A stretch of DNA of 64,000 nt, from assembly GCA_050015515.1 (NCBI GenBank), contig JBEKBG010000002.1, positions 18,777 to 82,776 on the forward strand, in the 5' to 3' direction. This DNA comes from Minisyncoccia bacterium. Its GTDB lineage: Bacteria; Patescibacteriota; Minisyncoccia; UBA6257; 2-01-FULL-56-20. The notes under the pieces are model-generated. The model was not told where the DNA came from, did not search any database, and saw nothing but the letters and a program-made list of their open reading frames with translations. The position numbers were made by a program, and so were the translations under genes. Every line of letters starts with the position of its first letter. Position 1 is the first letter of the stretch. Shown piece by piece: positions 36,759 to 47,074 of this stretch.

Positions 36759-39700
36759 CTATTCCAGCTTCTTCGCATTCTCACACAGCATCTTCGTCTC
36801 CCCGTCGCGGTGCGAGACGCGGCCGTCCACGATGACGCACGCGTTCTCCGTCCACGCGGCTGAGGTTTTTTCGAGCACGCTGTTGAACACCACGACTTCG
36901 ATGGATTGACCGCCGCTCCCATCCTCGATGGTGGCGAAGATCATCGGCTGGCCGCTTTTGGTGAATATTTTTTTTACTTTTGAGACGAGGCCGGCAGTGC
37001 GATATATTTTTTTCTCATCGGTGATCGTGAGGATCTCGTTGATCGGTTTGCACTTGAAATGTTCAAGCGTTGTTGCGTAGTTCGTCATCGGATGCGCGGA
37101 AATAAAGAAACCGATCAACTCTTTCTCCCAGATAAGTTTTTCGCCGCTCGTCGCGGGTGTGGCCGGCTTGAGTTTCAGCGTGATCGTCGGTGCGGTAGCG
37201 CCAAAGAGTGAGTTTGCCTGATCCATGCCGCCGCGTTTCAAGGCATTTACGAAGCGCAAGATTTCATCCATATTTTCCAGGATCTGTTTCCGTTCGACGC
37301 CGAGCGAATCGAACGCGCCGCTCTTTGCGAGCGATTCGATGGATTTCTTGTTGAGGTCCTTGTGCTGGATGCGGCTCAAAAAATTCTCAAAATTTTCATA
37401 CGGACCGCCGCGGGCGCGTTCCTCTATTATTGCCCGCGCGATCTCCGATCCCACATTCTTGATGGCGAGCAGGCCGAAACGGATCCTCGGACCTTCCGGC
37501 GTGAAGTTGATGAAGCTGCGGTTGACGTCCGGCGGCAAGATATCCACACCCGCGGTTTTTGCCTCCTGGATGAGAAAAGAAATCCGCTCGATGTCGTTCA
37601 TTTCCGAATTGAGCACTGCGGCGGTGAATTCTTCCGGGTAATTTGCTTTTAAATAAGCGGTGCGATATCCGATCATCGCATAACACGCCGAGTGCGCGCG
37701 ATTGAATCCGTATCGGGCGAACGGTTCGATGAGCTCCCACGCCTGGTCGGCAACCTTCTTGGGGATGTTGTTCTTTAAGCATCCGTTGATGAATTTTTCT
37801 TTCTGCTCGTCGAGCAACGATTTGATCTTCTTTCCCACGGCTTTGACGAGAAGGTATCCCTCGCCACGAGTGAGCCCGGCGAGCTTGGTGGCGAGGTCCA
37901 TCACTTGTTCCTGATAGACGATGACGCCATAGGTGCTCTTGAGAGTTTCTTCCATGAGGGGGTGGATATAGCGGATGGCTTCCTTGCCCTGCTTTCGGTT
38001 GATATACGTCGGGATAAGCTCCATTGGCCCGGGCCGGAAGAGCGCGACGAGCGCGATCAGGTCGTCGATCTGGGTCGGCTTGATGTCTTTCATATAGCGC
38101 CGCATGCCGCTCGATTCGAACTGAAAGATGGAGGTGGTATCGCCGCGCTGGAGCAGCTCGAACGTTTTTTTGTCGTCGAGTGGGATGTCGGAAATATTGA
38201 TCGTTATATCGTGGAGCTCTTTGATGAGATTGATGGTGCTTTCGATAATGGTCAGATTCTTCAGTCCGAGAAAATCGATCTTCAGCAGGCCGAGATCTTC
38301 CACGGCATGCATCTCAAATTGGGTAATGATGACATTCTCCTCGCCGGGCGCAAATTGGAGAGGCACTCGTTCCATGAGAGGATCTTTTGCAATCACGGTG
38401 GCGCATGCGTGCACCGATGCGTGCCGGGCGACGCCTTCCAGGTGCCGCGCGGTGTCGATCAATTTTTTCGCTTCCGGATTGGTATCGTAGATCGCTCTCA
38501 GCTCCTGCACTTTCTTAAGGCACTCGTCGAGCCATCCCTCTTTCATGCCTTGCGTGGGGTTGAAGGGGATCAGTTTGGCGATCTGGTCACAGAACGCGTA
38601 GGAATATCCCATCGCGCGGCCGGCATCCCGGATCGCGGCGCGGGCCGCCATCGTTCCGAAGGTGATGATGCGCGCCACGTGGTCCTCTCCATATTTTTCA
38701 CGCGCATACGCGAGCACTTCTTCGCGGCGGGTATCGGCGAAGTCAATATCGATGTCCGGCATCTGGATGCGTTCCGGGTTGAGAAATCGCTCAAAGAGCA
38801 GGCCGTATTTGAGCGGGTCGATATCGGTGATGTCGAGCGCGTAAGAAACGATGCTCCCCGCGGCGGAACCTCTGCCCGGTCCCACGGCGATGCCGTGCAT
38901 TTTCGCCCAACGGATAAGATCTTGCACGATCAAGAAATAATCGGCGAAGCCGGTTTTCTCGATCACGCCGATCTCATATTCCATCCGTTCACGCATCTCT
39001 TTCGTCTGTTTTTCCGGCGGATATTTTTTTTGGATGCGTTCTTCGATGAGCTCACGAAGATAGGTGTTCGCGGTCTTGCCGGCCGGCTTGGGAAAATCGG
39101 GGAGGAGGGTACGTCCGAGCTCAAGTTCCACGTTGCACCGCTCCGCGATCTCGTGCGTTCGTGCAATCGCTTCGAGTCCGCCCGGAATATTCGAGAATTT
39201 TCCCAACATTGCCTCCGGCGAGAGAATGGAAAAATCATCGGACTTCATACTCATCCGGTCATCATCGGTCAATTTGTTTCCCGTTTGCACGGCGAGCAAT
39301 ACATCGTGGTATTCCGCATCTTCGGAGCGCGTGTAGTGGCTGTCCTGCGTGGCAACGAGCGGGACGCCGGTTTCCTCCGAAAGTTTCACGAGCATCGGCT
39401 CGATCTTTTCCGATTCCGGGATGCCGGGATGTTTTTGAATTTCCAAAAAATAATTTCCCTTGCCGAAAATTTCCTGATATTCGAGCGCGATATGTTTTGC
39501 CTCCTCATAACGATCCGCGGCGAGCGCCCGCGCCACCTCGCCGCCAAGGCATGCGGAAAGCGCGATAAGCCCTTCGTGATATTCGCGCAGAAGATCCTTG
39601 TCCATGCGTGGTTTATAATAGAACCCCTCAAGATGGGCTTTTGAAACGAGCTTGATAAGATTTTTCCAGCCGACCTCGTTCTCGCAGAGCAATATCAAAT

Positions 39701-39962
39701 GGTTGTACCGTTCGCCGTTTTCTTTGGAGAACCGGTCGCGCGGCGCGATGTATGCTTCGACGCCAAGGATCGGCTTGATGCCGTGCTTCCGTGCAAGTTT
39801 ATAAAATTCTACGGCGCCATAGAGGACGCCGTGGTCGGTGAGTGCGATCGAGTCCATGCCGGTTTCCTTGGCGCGTGCCACCATTTCAGGCACCTTCGTG
39901 AGGCCGTCGAGCAGGGAATAGTGCGAATGCGTGTGTAAATGGGTAAATTTGATGGGTTCCAT
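36759..39962 (-). CDS. dnaE: DNA polymerase III alpha subunit
   Basis: HLHTHSHYSLLDG PHP domain, GRGSAAGS, MPDIDIDF, KIDFLGL. Confidence 0.98.
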   Translation of the reverse strand: MEPIKFTHLHTHSHYSLLDGLTKVPEMVARAKETGMDSIALTDHGVLYGAVEFYKLARKHGIKPILGVEAYIAPRDRFSKENGERYNHLILLCENEVGWKNLIKLVSKAHLEGFYYKPRMDKDLLREYHEGLIALSACLGGEVARALAADRYEEAKHIALEYQEIFGKGNYFLEIQKHPGIPESEKIEPMLVKLSEETGVPLVATQDSHYTRSEDAEYHDVLLAVQTGNKLTDDDRMSMKSDDFSILSPEAMLGKFSNIPGGLEAIARTHEIAERCNVELELGRTLLPDFPKPAGKTANTYLRELIEERIQKKYPPEKQTKEMRERMEYEIGVIEKTGFADYFLIVQDLIRWAKMHGIAVGPGRGSAAGSIVSYALDITDIDPLKYGLLFERFLNPERIQMPDIDIDFADTRREEVLAYAREKYGEDHVARIITFGTMAARAAIRDAGRAMGYSYAFCDQIAKLIPFNPTQGMKEGWLDECLKKVQELRAIYDTNPEAKKLIDTARHLEGVARHASVHACATVIAKDPLMERVPLQFAPGEENVIITQFEMHAVEDLGLLKIDFLGLKNLTIIESTINLIKELHDITINISDIPLDDKKTFELLQRGDTTSIFQFESSGMRRYMKDIKPTQIDDLIALVALFRPGPMELIPTYINRKQGKEAIRYIHPLMEETLKSTYGVIVYQEQVMDLATKLAGLTRGEGYLLVKAVGKKIKSLLDEQKEKFINGCLKNNIPKKVADQAWELIEPFARYGFNRAHSACYAMIGYRTAYLKANYPEEFTAAVLNSEMNDIERISFLIQEAKTAGVDILPPDVNRSFINFTPEGPRIRFGLLAIKNVGSEIARAIIEERARGGPYENFENFLSRIQHKDLNKKSIESLAKSGAFDSLGVERKQILENMDEILRFVNALKRGGMDQANSLFGATAPTITLKLKPATPATSGEKLIWEKELIGFFISAHPMTNYATTLEHFKCKPINEILTITDEKKIYRTAGLVSKVKKIFTKSGQPMIFATIEDGSGGQSIEVVVFNSVLEKTSAAWTENACVIVDGRVSHRDGETKMLCENAKKLE

Positions 39963-40084
39963 TGTTCTTGTGTTAGCCCCCGCAAGCGAGGATGCAGAAC
40001 ATTAAATTTCTATTACAGTTTACTACAAATTTGAGAGATAACAAGCTTGGTAAAATTTAATGATTTTTTAATGGTGAATATGGT

Positions 40085-40717
40085 ATGTATGGAGGTATGA
40101 ATACAATAGAGGAAAAGCTTATTATAAAAATGTATATTGAAGATAAATTTTCCGCTGTCCAAATCAGCGAATTTGTACATATCTCGGTTTCGAAAATTGT
40201 TCGCATTCTAGACGTCAATAACGTTCAGAAAAGAAATATAAGCGAAGCTATTACACAGCTTAATATAACGAAATTTCACAAAGTGCCATTTCAACTAAAA
40301 TCGAACCTTTCTCCGGTTGAAAACGATTTGAAATTAACCGGGATAATGTTATATTGGGGCGAGGGTGCAAAGACGGGGGGTGGAGTAAAATTTGCTAACA
40401 GTAATCCCGAGATGATCTGTGTTTTCCTCCGTTTTTTAAGGGAAATCTGTGGGGTTAATGAAAAAAGGATAAAAATGATGATCCATTTGTATCCCGACCA
40501 AAGTAGCGACCTATTGAAAAACTTTTGGTCCTCTACTACGGGAGTTGGGTTAGAAAATTTTTATAGACCCCATGCGCTTGTAGGCAAAAAAGGTACGTAC
40601 AAAAATAAATCCATTTATGGTACCGCAACGATCAACTACAGCGATAAAAAGTTATTGACACTAATATTAAAATGGATAGAGGATTATAAAAATAGTTTTT
40701 TTAAATTGCCGGAGTAG
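40085..40717 (+). CDS. HTH plus LAGLIDADG-like putative homing endonuclease
   Basis: N-terminal helical repeat, GIMLYWGEG helix, FANSNP; AT-rich; stop codon lies inside tRNA-Thr. Confidence 0.6.
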   Translation: MYGGMNTIEEKLIIKMYIEDKFSAVQISEFVHISVSKIVRILDVNNVQKRNISEAITQLNITKFHKVPFQLKSNLSPVENDLKLTGIMLYWGEGAKTGGGVKFANSNPEMICVFLRFLREICGVNEKRIKMMIHLYPDQSSDLLKNFWSSTTGVGLENFYRPHALVGKKGTYKNKSIYGTATINYSDKKLLTLILKWIEDYKNSFFKLPE

Positions 40718-40779
40718 CTTAATGGTAAAGCAACGCTTTTGTAAAGCGAAGAGTGGGGGTTCGATTCCTCTCTCCGGCT
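40708..40779 (+). tRNA. tRNA-Thr(TGT)
   Basis: GCCGGAG/CTCCGGC acceptor stem; loop TTTGTAA; GGTTCGATTCC; no encoded CCA. Confidence 0.93.
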
Positions 40780-40780
40780 C

Positions 40781-41389
40781 ATGGATTTAAAATCAACATA
40801 CAATCGTATTGCGGAGGACTGGGATAACGATCATACCAATGATCAGTGGTGGAAAGAGGGATTGGAAAAATTTACTTCCTTGTTTAAGGCGGGAGCCAGT
40901 ATTCTTGATGTGGGTTGTGGAAGTGGGGTTAAAGCGGAAATTTTGGAAAAGAAGGGGCTGAAAGTAACCGGTATTGATTTTTCGGAAAAGATGTTAGAAA
41001 TCGCAAAGCGACGAGTGCCGAATGGAAATTTCCAGCTTGTTGATCTTTATAATCTTCCCAATTTCCACGAAAAATTCGGTGGCATATTTGCGCAGGCGGT
41101 ACTGTTGCATATCCCTAAAAAAGATATTGGGAAGATAGTCCGTTCTTTGAAAGAAAAACTTAATCCTGGCGGATATTTTTACGTGGCAGTCAAAGAGCGG
41201 AGGCTTGGCGAGAAAGAAGAAGAAATAGTGAAAGAAAACGACTATGGCTACGAGTATGAAAGATTTTTTAGCTACTTCACCACGGAAGAGGTAAAAAATA
41301 TTTTCATGAGCGAGGGATTGGATATTGTATATGAAAGCACTACCCATTCCGGCCGGCGGAATTGGATACAGGTCGTTGGAAAGGCCTAA
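40781..41389 (+). CDS. Class I SAM-dependent methyltransferase
   Basis: ILDVGCGSG, GIDFS, LNPGG. Confidence 0.87.
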   Translation: MDLKSTYNRIAEDWDNDHTNDQWWKEGLEKFTSLFKAGASILDVGCGSGVKAEILEKKGLKVTGIDFSEKMLEIAKRRVPNGNFQLVDLYNLPNFHEKFGGIFAQAVLLHIPKKDIGKIVRSLKEKLNPGGYFYVAVKERRLGEKEEEIVKENDYGYEYERFFSYFTTEEVKNIFMSEGLDIVYESTTHSGRRNWIQVVGKA

Positions 41390-41439
41390 TAGGGTTATCG
41401 CGCATGGCGTAGTGTTTTCTTTTCTGATAAAATAAAGGA

Positions 41440-42570
41440 ATGATACGGTATCTTAGCAAAACGAGCCCGAAGGAGCTCGCGGGGGCGGCGTTATTGCGTT
41501 TGGACTTCAATACGGAAGACGACTGGCGGATGCGCGCGGTACTTCCGACCATTAAATTATTATTAAAAACCAGCGGGCGGATCGTGATCGTCAGCCATCG
41601 CGGGCGGCCGGTTTGGTTCGACAAAAATCTGAGCTTGCGCGGCGATGCGGTAAAACTTTCCAAACTGCTCGGCGGCAAAAAAGTGACGTTCATCAATCAC
41701 TTTCGCTTTGCGGAAATAAAAAAGCAGGTGGCCGCCGCGCCGCGCGGTTCTATCTTTCTCCTGGACAACTTGCGATTTTTGCCCGGCGAGGAAAGGAATG
41801 ACGTGAAATTGGCGAAGGCGCTCGCCTCGCTCGCGGATTTCTATGTGAACGATGCTTTTGCGGTCTCACATCGCGCAGACGCGTCGGTGGTCGCCATTAC
41901 GAAATTCTTGCCGAGCTATGCGGGTATTGAAATGGAAAACGAGATCAAGTCGCTCGGCAAAGCGATTGTAAAGCCGAAGCGCCCGGTGGGGCTCGTACTC
42001 GGTGGCGCGAAGGCGTCGGATAAGCTCGGGGTCATCGCGCATTTTAAAAATAAGGCGGACTGGTTCTTACTTGGCGGCGGATGCGCGAACACGATCCTTT
42101 GGCTGAAAGGAATGGATGTCAAGAATTCCATCAAAGATAGCGACCCGAAGGAGCTCGCGGCGCTCAAGAAAATCGCGGCATTTAAAAACGTGATCTTACC
42201 CACAGATTTTGTTTGGGGCAATGGCGATGGTGGTACAAAGAGCGCCATTTTCGACATCGGACCGAAGACCGTGAATGCCTTCGATAAAAAGATCGCGGCC
42301 GCGTGGACGATCATCTGGAGCGGCCCGCTTGGGCTCATCGAGAAAAAAAAGTATGCGAAGGGGAGTATCGCCATCGCACGCGCAATCGCTAATAATCGCA
42401 GAGCGTTCTCCGTGTCCGGCGGGGGAGAGACGGTAATGTTCCTCAAACAGTACAAGCTCGACAAAAAATTTAGCTTTATCTCGACCGGCGGCGGCGCTAT
42501 GGTAGATTTTCTTGCGGGAAAAAAGTTACCGGGCATCGAGGCGCTCAGGAGCACTCAGGTAAAATATTAA
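41440..42570 (+). CDS. pgk: Phosphoglycerate kinase
   Basis: RLDFN, SHRGRP, NDAF, LGGAK, STGGGA. Confidence 0.93.
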   Translation: MIRYLSKTSPKELAGAALLRLDFNTEDDWRMRAVLPTIKLLLKTSGRIVIVSHRGRPVWFDKNLSLRGDAVKLSKLLGGKKVTFINHFRFAEIKKQVAAAPRGSIFLLDNLRFLPGEERNDVKLAKALASLADFYVNDAFAVSHRADASVVAITKFLPSYAGIEMENEIKSLGKAIVKPKRPVGLVLGGAKASDKLGVIAHFKNKADWFLLGGGCANTILWLKGMDVKNSIKDSDPKELAALKKIAAFKNVILPTDFVWGNGDGGTKSAIFDIGPKTVNAFDKKIAAAWTIIWSGPLGLIEKKKYAKGSIAIARAIANNRRAFSVSGGGETVMFLKQYKLDKKFSFISTGGGAMVDFLAGKKLPGIEALRSTQVKY

Positions 42571-42576
42571 AACAAT

Positions 42577-43464
42577 ATGAAAAAATCCCCAATCAAAATT
42601 CCAAAACAAAAGATCGTAGTCATCTATCACGGTAATTGCCCCGACGGATTCGGCGGCGCGTGGGCAGCGTGGAAGAAGTTTGGCGCAAAGGCGGCGTATC
42701 TGCCCGCGCGCGACCGCAACACGCCGCCGGTGCCGCTCAAGAATAAGATCATCTATATCATTGATTACACGTACGACGCCCCGATCATTAAAAAATTGTT
42801 AAAAGACAATATTCGCGTGACAGCGATCGACCATCACGTGAGTCAGGCGGATGCCACGAGGCTCACCGAGAACTATGTATACGATGTGAAGCACTCCGGT
42901 GCCGTGCTCGCGTGGCAATACTTTCATCCCGGCAAAAAAATGCCGATGCTGTTGCGCTACGTGGAAGACCGCGATATTTGGAAGTGGACGGTGCCGCACG
43001 CGCGGGAGATGCTGATGCTCGTCGATCTCGCGCCGTTCGAGTTCAAGGCGTGGAGCCAGCTCGCAAAAGATATCGATGACCCGCGCATCCACGCGACGTA
43101 TATTAAAAAAGGAGCCCTGCTCGAGCTGCACTACCGTTCGCTTTACGAGAAACTTTTGCCGAGTGCGGAACTGGTGAGGTTTGCCGGGCATAAAGTATAC
43201 GCGCTCAACTGTCCGTATTATTTTGCGGATGATCTTGGCCATGTGCTGGCACTGAGAACAAAATCATTTTCGCTCTTGTGGAATGAATCCGGCGGTCGGA
43301 TCCGTTGCTCGCTTCGCTCGGCGGGGAAGATAGATGTGGCGAAGATAGCAAAGAAATACGGCGGTGGCGGGCACAAACAATCGGCGGGATTCTCGTTCCC
43401 GGTCGGCAAGAAGACGCCGTGGAAATTATTGCCGGAAGCGTTCAGTAAAGAGCGGCTCTCGTAA
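42577..43464 (+). CDS. DHH/DHHA1 phosphoesterase
   Basis: YHGNCPDG, IDHH, GGGGH. Confidence 0.88.
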   Translation: MKKSPIKIPKQKIVVIYHGNCPDGFGGAWAAWKKFGAKAAYLPARDRNTPPVPLKNKIIYIIDYTYDAPIIKKLLKDNIRVTAIDHHVSQADATRLTENYVYDVKHSGAVLAWQYFHPGKKMPMLLRYVEDRDIWKWTVPHAREMLMLVDLAPFEFKAWSQLAKDIDDPRIHATYIKKGALLELHYRSLYEKLLPSAELVRFAGHKVYALNCPYYFADDLGHVLALRTKSFSLLWNESGGRIRCSLRSAGKIDVAKIAKKYGGGGHKQSAGFSFPVGKKTPWKLLPEAFSKERLS

Positions 43465-43484
43465 CACCTGAAGAATATTTATTT

Positions 43485-44114
43485 ATGCCCGCAAAAAAGA
43501 AAAAATATTACGCGTACTTTGTGCCGGGTGGCGTGTCGAAACACGGCGTGACCGACAGCTGGACGGTATGTGAAAAATTCGTGTCGGGGAAGACCGGCGC
43601 GCGGTTCAGGGCGTTCGATAGCCGAAGTGATGCGGAAGCGTGGCTCAAGAATGGTGCGAGGTATGAGGCAAAGCGGGCGTTGCCGCGGCCGAAGCTCAAG
43701 CCCGGCATTTACTTTGACGCCGGCACCGGCCGCGGCGCAGGCGTGGAAGTGAGCGTCACCGACGAGCGCGGAAAAAATCTTCTCCATAAAACACTCGCAC
43801 CGTCAGCACTCAATAAGTTCGGCAAGTATCTGGTCGGCAATGCCGATGCCACCAATAATTACGGCGAACTGCTGGCGCTTCGTTACGCGATTGAGATCGC
43901 GCGCGCGACACGCGTGAAATATGTGTTCGGTGACAGCAAGCTTGCCATTGAGTTCTGGTCGCAGTGGCGGATAAAGCGAAAGGACCTGCCGGAAAAGACG
44001 GTCGCGCTCGCGGACGACGTGTCGCGCGCGCGCGAGGTATTTGAAAAAATGGGCGGCACGGTGGAGCGTATCTCCGGCGATTATAATCCCGCAGATTTGG
44101 GATTCCATAGATAA
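43485..44114 (+). CDS. RNase H with N-terminal hybrid-binding (viroplasmin-like) domain
   Basis: KYYAY...W-x-x-C; FDAG, TNNYGELLA, GDS. Confidence 0.85.
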   Translation: MPAKKKKYYAYFVPGGVSKHGVTDSWTVCEKFVSGKTGARFRAFDSRSDAEAWLKNGARYEAKRALPRPKLKPGIYFDAGTGRGAGVEVSVTDERGKNLLHKTLAPSALNKFGKYLVGNADATNNYGELLALRYAIEIARATRVKYVFGDSKLAIEFWSQWRIKRKDLPEKTVALADDVSRAREVFEKMGGTVERISGDYNPADLGFHR

Positions 44115-44161
44115 AAAAGCGGCGCACATCACGAAGATGTGGCCGCCGTCACTGAGATTTT

Positions 44162-44410
44162 TTAAGCCTCGCAATTCAATTCCCTCGCGATGCGTTGCAG
44201 CATCTGAGGCGTAGGTTTCTCTGCGCCACCTTCGATCGCGGTATATTTGGAAAAACGGATTCCGACGATATCCGCAAAAACCATTTGATTGATGTCGCGG
44301 CCGACGCGCAATTTCCGAATCATCCTCCCGCGTTCTATCGGGTCGTCGGGAAGTTTTAAGCGTTTTGGTTCTTGCGCGGAACTTTTGGATGCGAGAGTGG
44401 CGTTTGCCAA
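44162..44410 (-). CDS. XRE-family HTH protein
   Basis: IRKLR...NQMVFADIVG...IEGG-x-x-x-P. Confidence 0.7.
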   Translation of the reverse strand: MANATLASKSSAQEPKRLKLPDDPIERGRMIRKLRVGRDINQMVFADIVGIRFSKYTAIEGGAEKPTPQMLQRIARELNCEA

Positions 44411-44616
44411 TTCATTTGCCTCCTCGGCGTAAGATTGGAATGGTGAAGCTTGGACAAAAAGAAGAACTGATTTCTATCATACGGCATACGCGTGGTATGT
44501 CAATAAAAATGACAGAGATTCTGGAGAAATGTCCGTGCGGTATAGTTGCCCGCAACATTCATAACACCATATTCAAAGCTATTGTCAACTTTCACGCTGC
44601 ATGCTACAATCTCTTT

Positions 44617-45111
44617 GCTGGTCATCCAGACGGTCGCTGTGGCGGTGCGAGCCCTTTAAAAGGCGTCACCCGCGCAGAGGAAAATCCGGACACTCTCTTT
44701 CTGCTCCGCGCGCAAGCGTTGTGTGCGGGAAGATAAAAAGGTAGCGGCTAACGGCCGCCGTTCGTAAGAATAGAGGTGCGAGCAGTGACGTCCACGCCGG
44801 AAACGGCGTGGAGGACCCCATCCCGAGCTCGATGGTCCAATTCCGCCATAGGGACAACAAAGCGGAAGTGAAACGGCAAAATCCTTACCGAGTGCAAGGC
44901 CGTGCTCTGCGATCATTGCGCAAGCGATCGTCGCAGAGAGTGCCGCAACGAGCCCGCGAGCGATCAAGGGCCCAGATAAATGACCGTCCATCGGCACCGC
45001 GTTTGTAAAAGCGCGCACCGGTCGACAGAATCCGGTTTACGGGTTGCCAGCACCAAATTCCCCAGAAATGGGGAATTTGTGTTTTTAGCTGACAGAGCCC
45101 GGCTTATTAGT
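44617..45111 (+). ncRNA. rnpB: RNase P RNA
   Basis: CCAGACGGTCGC, GAGGAAAATCCGGACAC, GAAACGGCAAAATCC...GAGTGCAAG, AGATAAATGACCGTC, ACAGAGCCCGGCTTAT; -10 TACAAT at 44605. Confidence 0.85.
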
Positions 45112-45182
45112 GTCCTGTGGTGGACGAGGTGCCAGAACCAAAATTATATAGCCTTTTCTGAGAAATGATGCGAAAATAAGTT

Positions 45183-45605
45183 ATGTTTACCGTAGAACGG
45201 GACGAGTTCGAAAAACTCATACAAGAGGGGATGTGCGCGATCCCGGAAAAGTTTCTGCGAAAACTGGACAACGTGTCGATCGTGATTGGTGACGAACCGA
45301 CGCCGGCCCAGAGGAAGAAATTGGACCTCCATCCGGAATTCACGCTTCTTGGCCTGTACGAAGGGGTGCCTCAGGTATCCCGAGGAGCGGGCTATTCAGC
45401 CGTGCCCCCCGATAAGATAACCATCTTTCAAAAGACCATTGAGGCCAGGGCCACCGATCGGGAAGGGGTGAAGAGGATCGTGCGGGAAGTGGTGTGGCAT
45501 GAGATCGCCCATCATTTCGGCATGGACGAATCCCGTGTGCGCCGGGCGGAGGTCAGGAGGAAGAAACTTCGCGGCGGCGCAACTTACCGAACTCCAGGCG
45601 CTTGA
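45183..45605 (+). CDS. Zincin-like metallopeptidase (DUF1025-type)
   Basis: LLGLYEGVP, PDKITIF, HEIAHHFG. Confidence 0.88.
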   Translation: MFTVERDEFEKLIQEGMCAIPEKFLRKLDNVSIVIGDEPTPAQRKKLDLHPEFTLLGLYEGVPQVSRGAGYSAVPPDKITIFQKTIEARATDREGVKRIVREVVWHEIAHHFGMDESRVRRAEVRRKKLRGGATYRTPGA

Positions 45606-45706
45606 AGCCGAATTGGCAAGCATTCAAAAACGGCTTCCTGCAGGAACGAGATGACTTTTGTTATACTTATAGAAAGGCCGAAAAAACATAATTTACCTTT
45701 ATCATT

Positions 45707-45850
45707 ATGTGGAAGCAATGGGTGAATCTCGTCCTTGGATTGCTGGTTGTGGTGCTCGCCTATTCGGGCGCCGGTACGGTGTGGTATGTTTTAGTGGGTA
45801 TCGTGATCGCGCTGCTCGCGCTGTGGGCGGTGTTGGAAAAGAAGGCATAA
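45707..45850 (+). CDS. Small two-TM membrane protein (SPW-repeat-like), below the ORF track cut-off
   Basis: MWKQWVNLVLGLLVVVLAYSGAGTVWYVLVGIVIALLALWAVLEKKA*; upstream -10 TATACT. Confidence 0.7.
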   Translation: MWKQWVNLVLGLLVVVLAYSGAGTVWYVLVGIVIALLALWAVLEKKA

Positions 45851-45906
45851 AAAGTGCGGTTTCATAAAACGGACTCCGCATGGTCTGCGAAGCCCGTTTT
45901 ATGTTT

Positions 45907-47019
45907 TTATCGTGCCGAACGATATCCTCCCGGTACGCCGTTCTTTGAGAGCACGACCTGCCATAGTTCGACGTTGCGTGCACGGAAGGAGCCGGCGCAG
46001 GCGAGGAGATAATATTTCCACATGCGGTAGAATGTCTCACCATACGTGGCGGCGATCTCCGGCCAATGTGCGTCAAAATTTTTGAACCATCCCATGAGCG
46101 TCTTGTCGTAATCGGCGCCGAAGTTATGCCAATCTTCCATCACGAATAAGTTTTCTATCGCGCCGCCGATCTGCGCGACCGTGGGCACGGCGCCGTTCGG
46201 GAAGATGTATTTGTCTATCCACGCGTCGGGGGTGCCGTCATTGGCGTTCGCGCCGATCGTGTGCAATAAGAACAGGCCGCCATCTTTTAAGTGATCATGC
46301 GCGACCTCCATATACTCTTTATAGTGTTTTGTCCCGACGTGCTCGAACATGCCGAGCGAGATGATGTGGTCGAATGTGCCCTCGATGTCGCGATAATCTT
46401 GCAGGAGAAACTCCACCGGCAGGCCCTTACAAAGCTCGCGGCCGAGGGCTACCTGCTCTTTTGACACCGTGACGCCCGTTACTCGCGCGCCATATTTTTC
46501 CGCGGCAAACTTTGCAAAACTTCCCCAACCGCAGCCGATGTCGAGCACGTGCTGGCCGGCCTTGAGGCCGATCTTGCGGCAGACGAGATCGAGCTTTGCC
46601 TCCTGTGCTTCGTCGAGGGTGCGTGCGGTCACCCAATAGCCGCAGGTATAGGTGAGCCGCTTATCGAGCATCCGCTCAAAGAGATTGTTGCCGATGTCGT
46701 AGTGATGTTTACCAATATCGAACGCGCGCCGTTTTGCGCCGCGGCTTTTGAATGTGGAAAGATATGCCGCAACGTTTTTGAACGATACCCGCGCTCTGTC
46801 CACAACATGCGAACGGAAAAGGTGCGCAATCAGCTCGTCGACCTGGTCGCAGTCCCAATCTCCGGCCATGTACGCCTCGCCGAACGCCAGACTGCCGCCA
46901 CGCACAAATGCTTTATAGACATTCTCGTTGTGCACGCGGATATCCCACGGGCGTTCGCCGTTTATCTTTATATCCGCCTCTGCGAGCATTTTCTCGACTA
47001 CTGCCTTTGCCTGGTCCAT
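45907..47019 (-). CDS. cfa: Cyclopropane-fatty-acyl-phospholipid synthase
   Basis: HYDIGN, YTCGYW, LDIGCGWG, GMFEHVG, KYIFPNG. Confidence 0.95.
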   Translation of the reverse strand: MDQAKAVVEKMLAEADIKINGERPWDIRVHNENVYKAFVRGGSLAFGEAYMAGDWDCDQVDELIAHLFRSHVVDRARVSFKNVAAYLSTFKSRGAKRRAFDIGKHHYDIGNNLFERMLDKRLTYTCGYWVTARTLDEAQEAKLDLVCRKIGLKAGQHVLDIGCGWGSFAKFAAEKYGARVTGVTVSKEQVALGRELCKGLPVEFLLQDYRDIEGTFDHIISLGMFEHVGTKHYKEYMEVAHDHLKDGGLFLLHTIGANANDGTPDAWIDKYIFPNGAVPTVAQIGGAIENLFVMEDWHNFGADYDKTLMGWFKNFDAHWPEIAATYGETFYRMWKYYLLACAGSFRARNVELWQVVLSKNGVPGGYRSAR

Positions 47020-47074
47020 ATGTTTATTATATGCGAACATGCACGCATGTTGTCAATCTGGTAAACTTATAACA

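Noticed and set aside
37905-39644. 579-aa plus-strand ORF
   Set aside because: Antisense shadow of dnaE with no recognisable motifs; similar shadows occur over fusA, tuf and mgtA.
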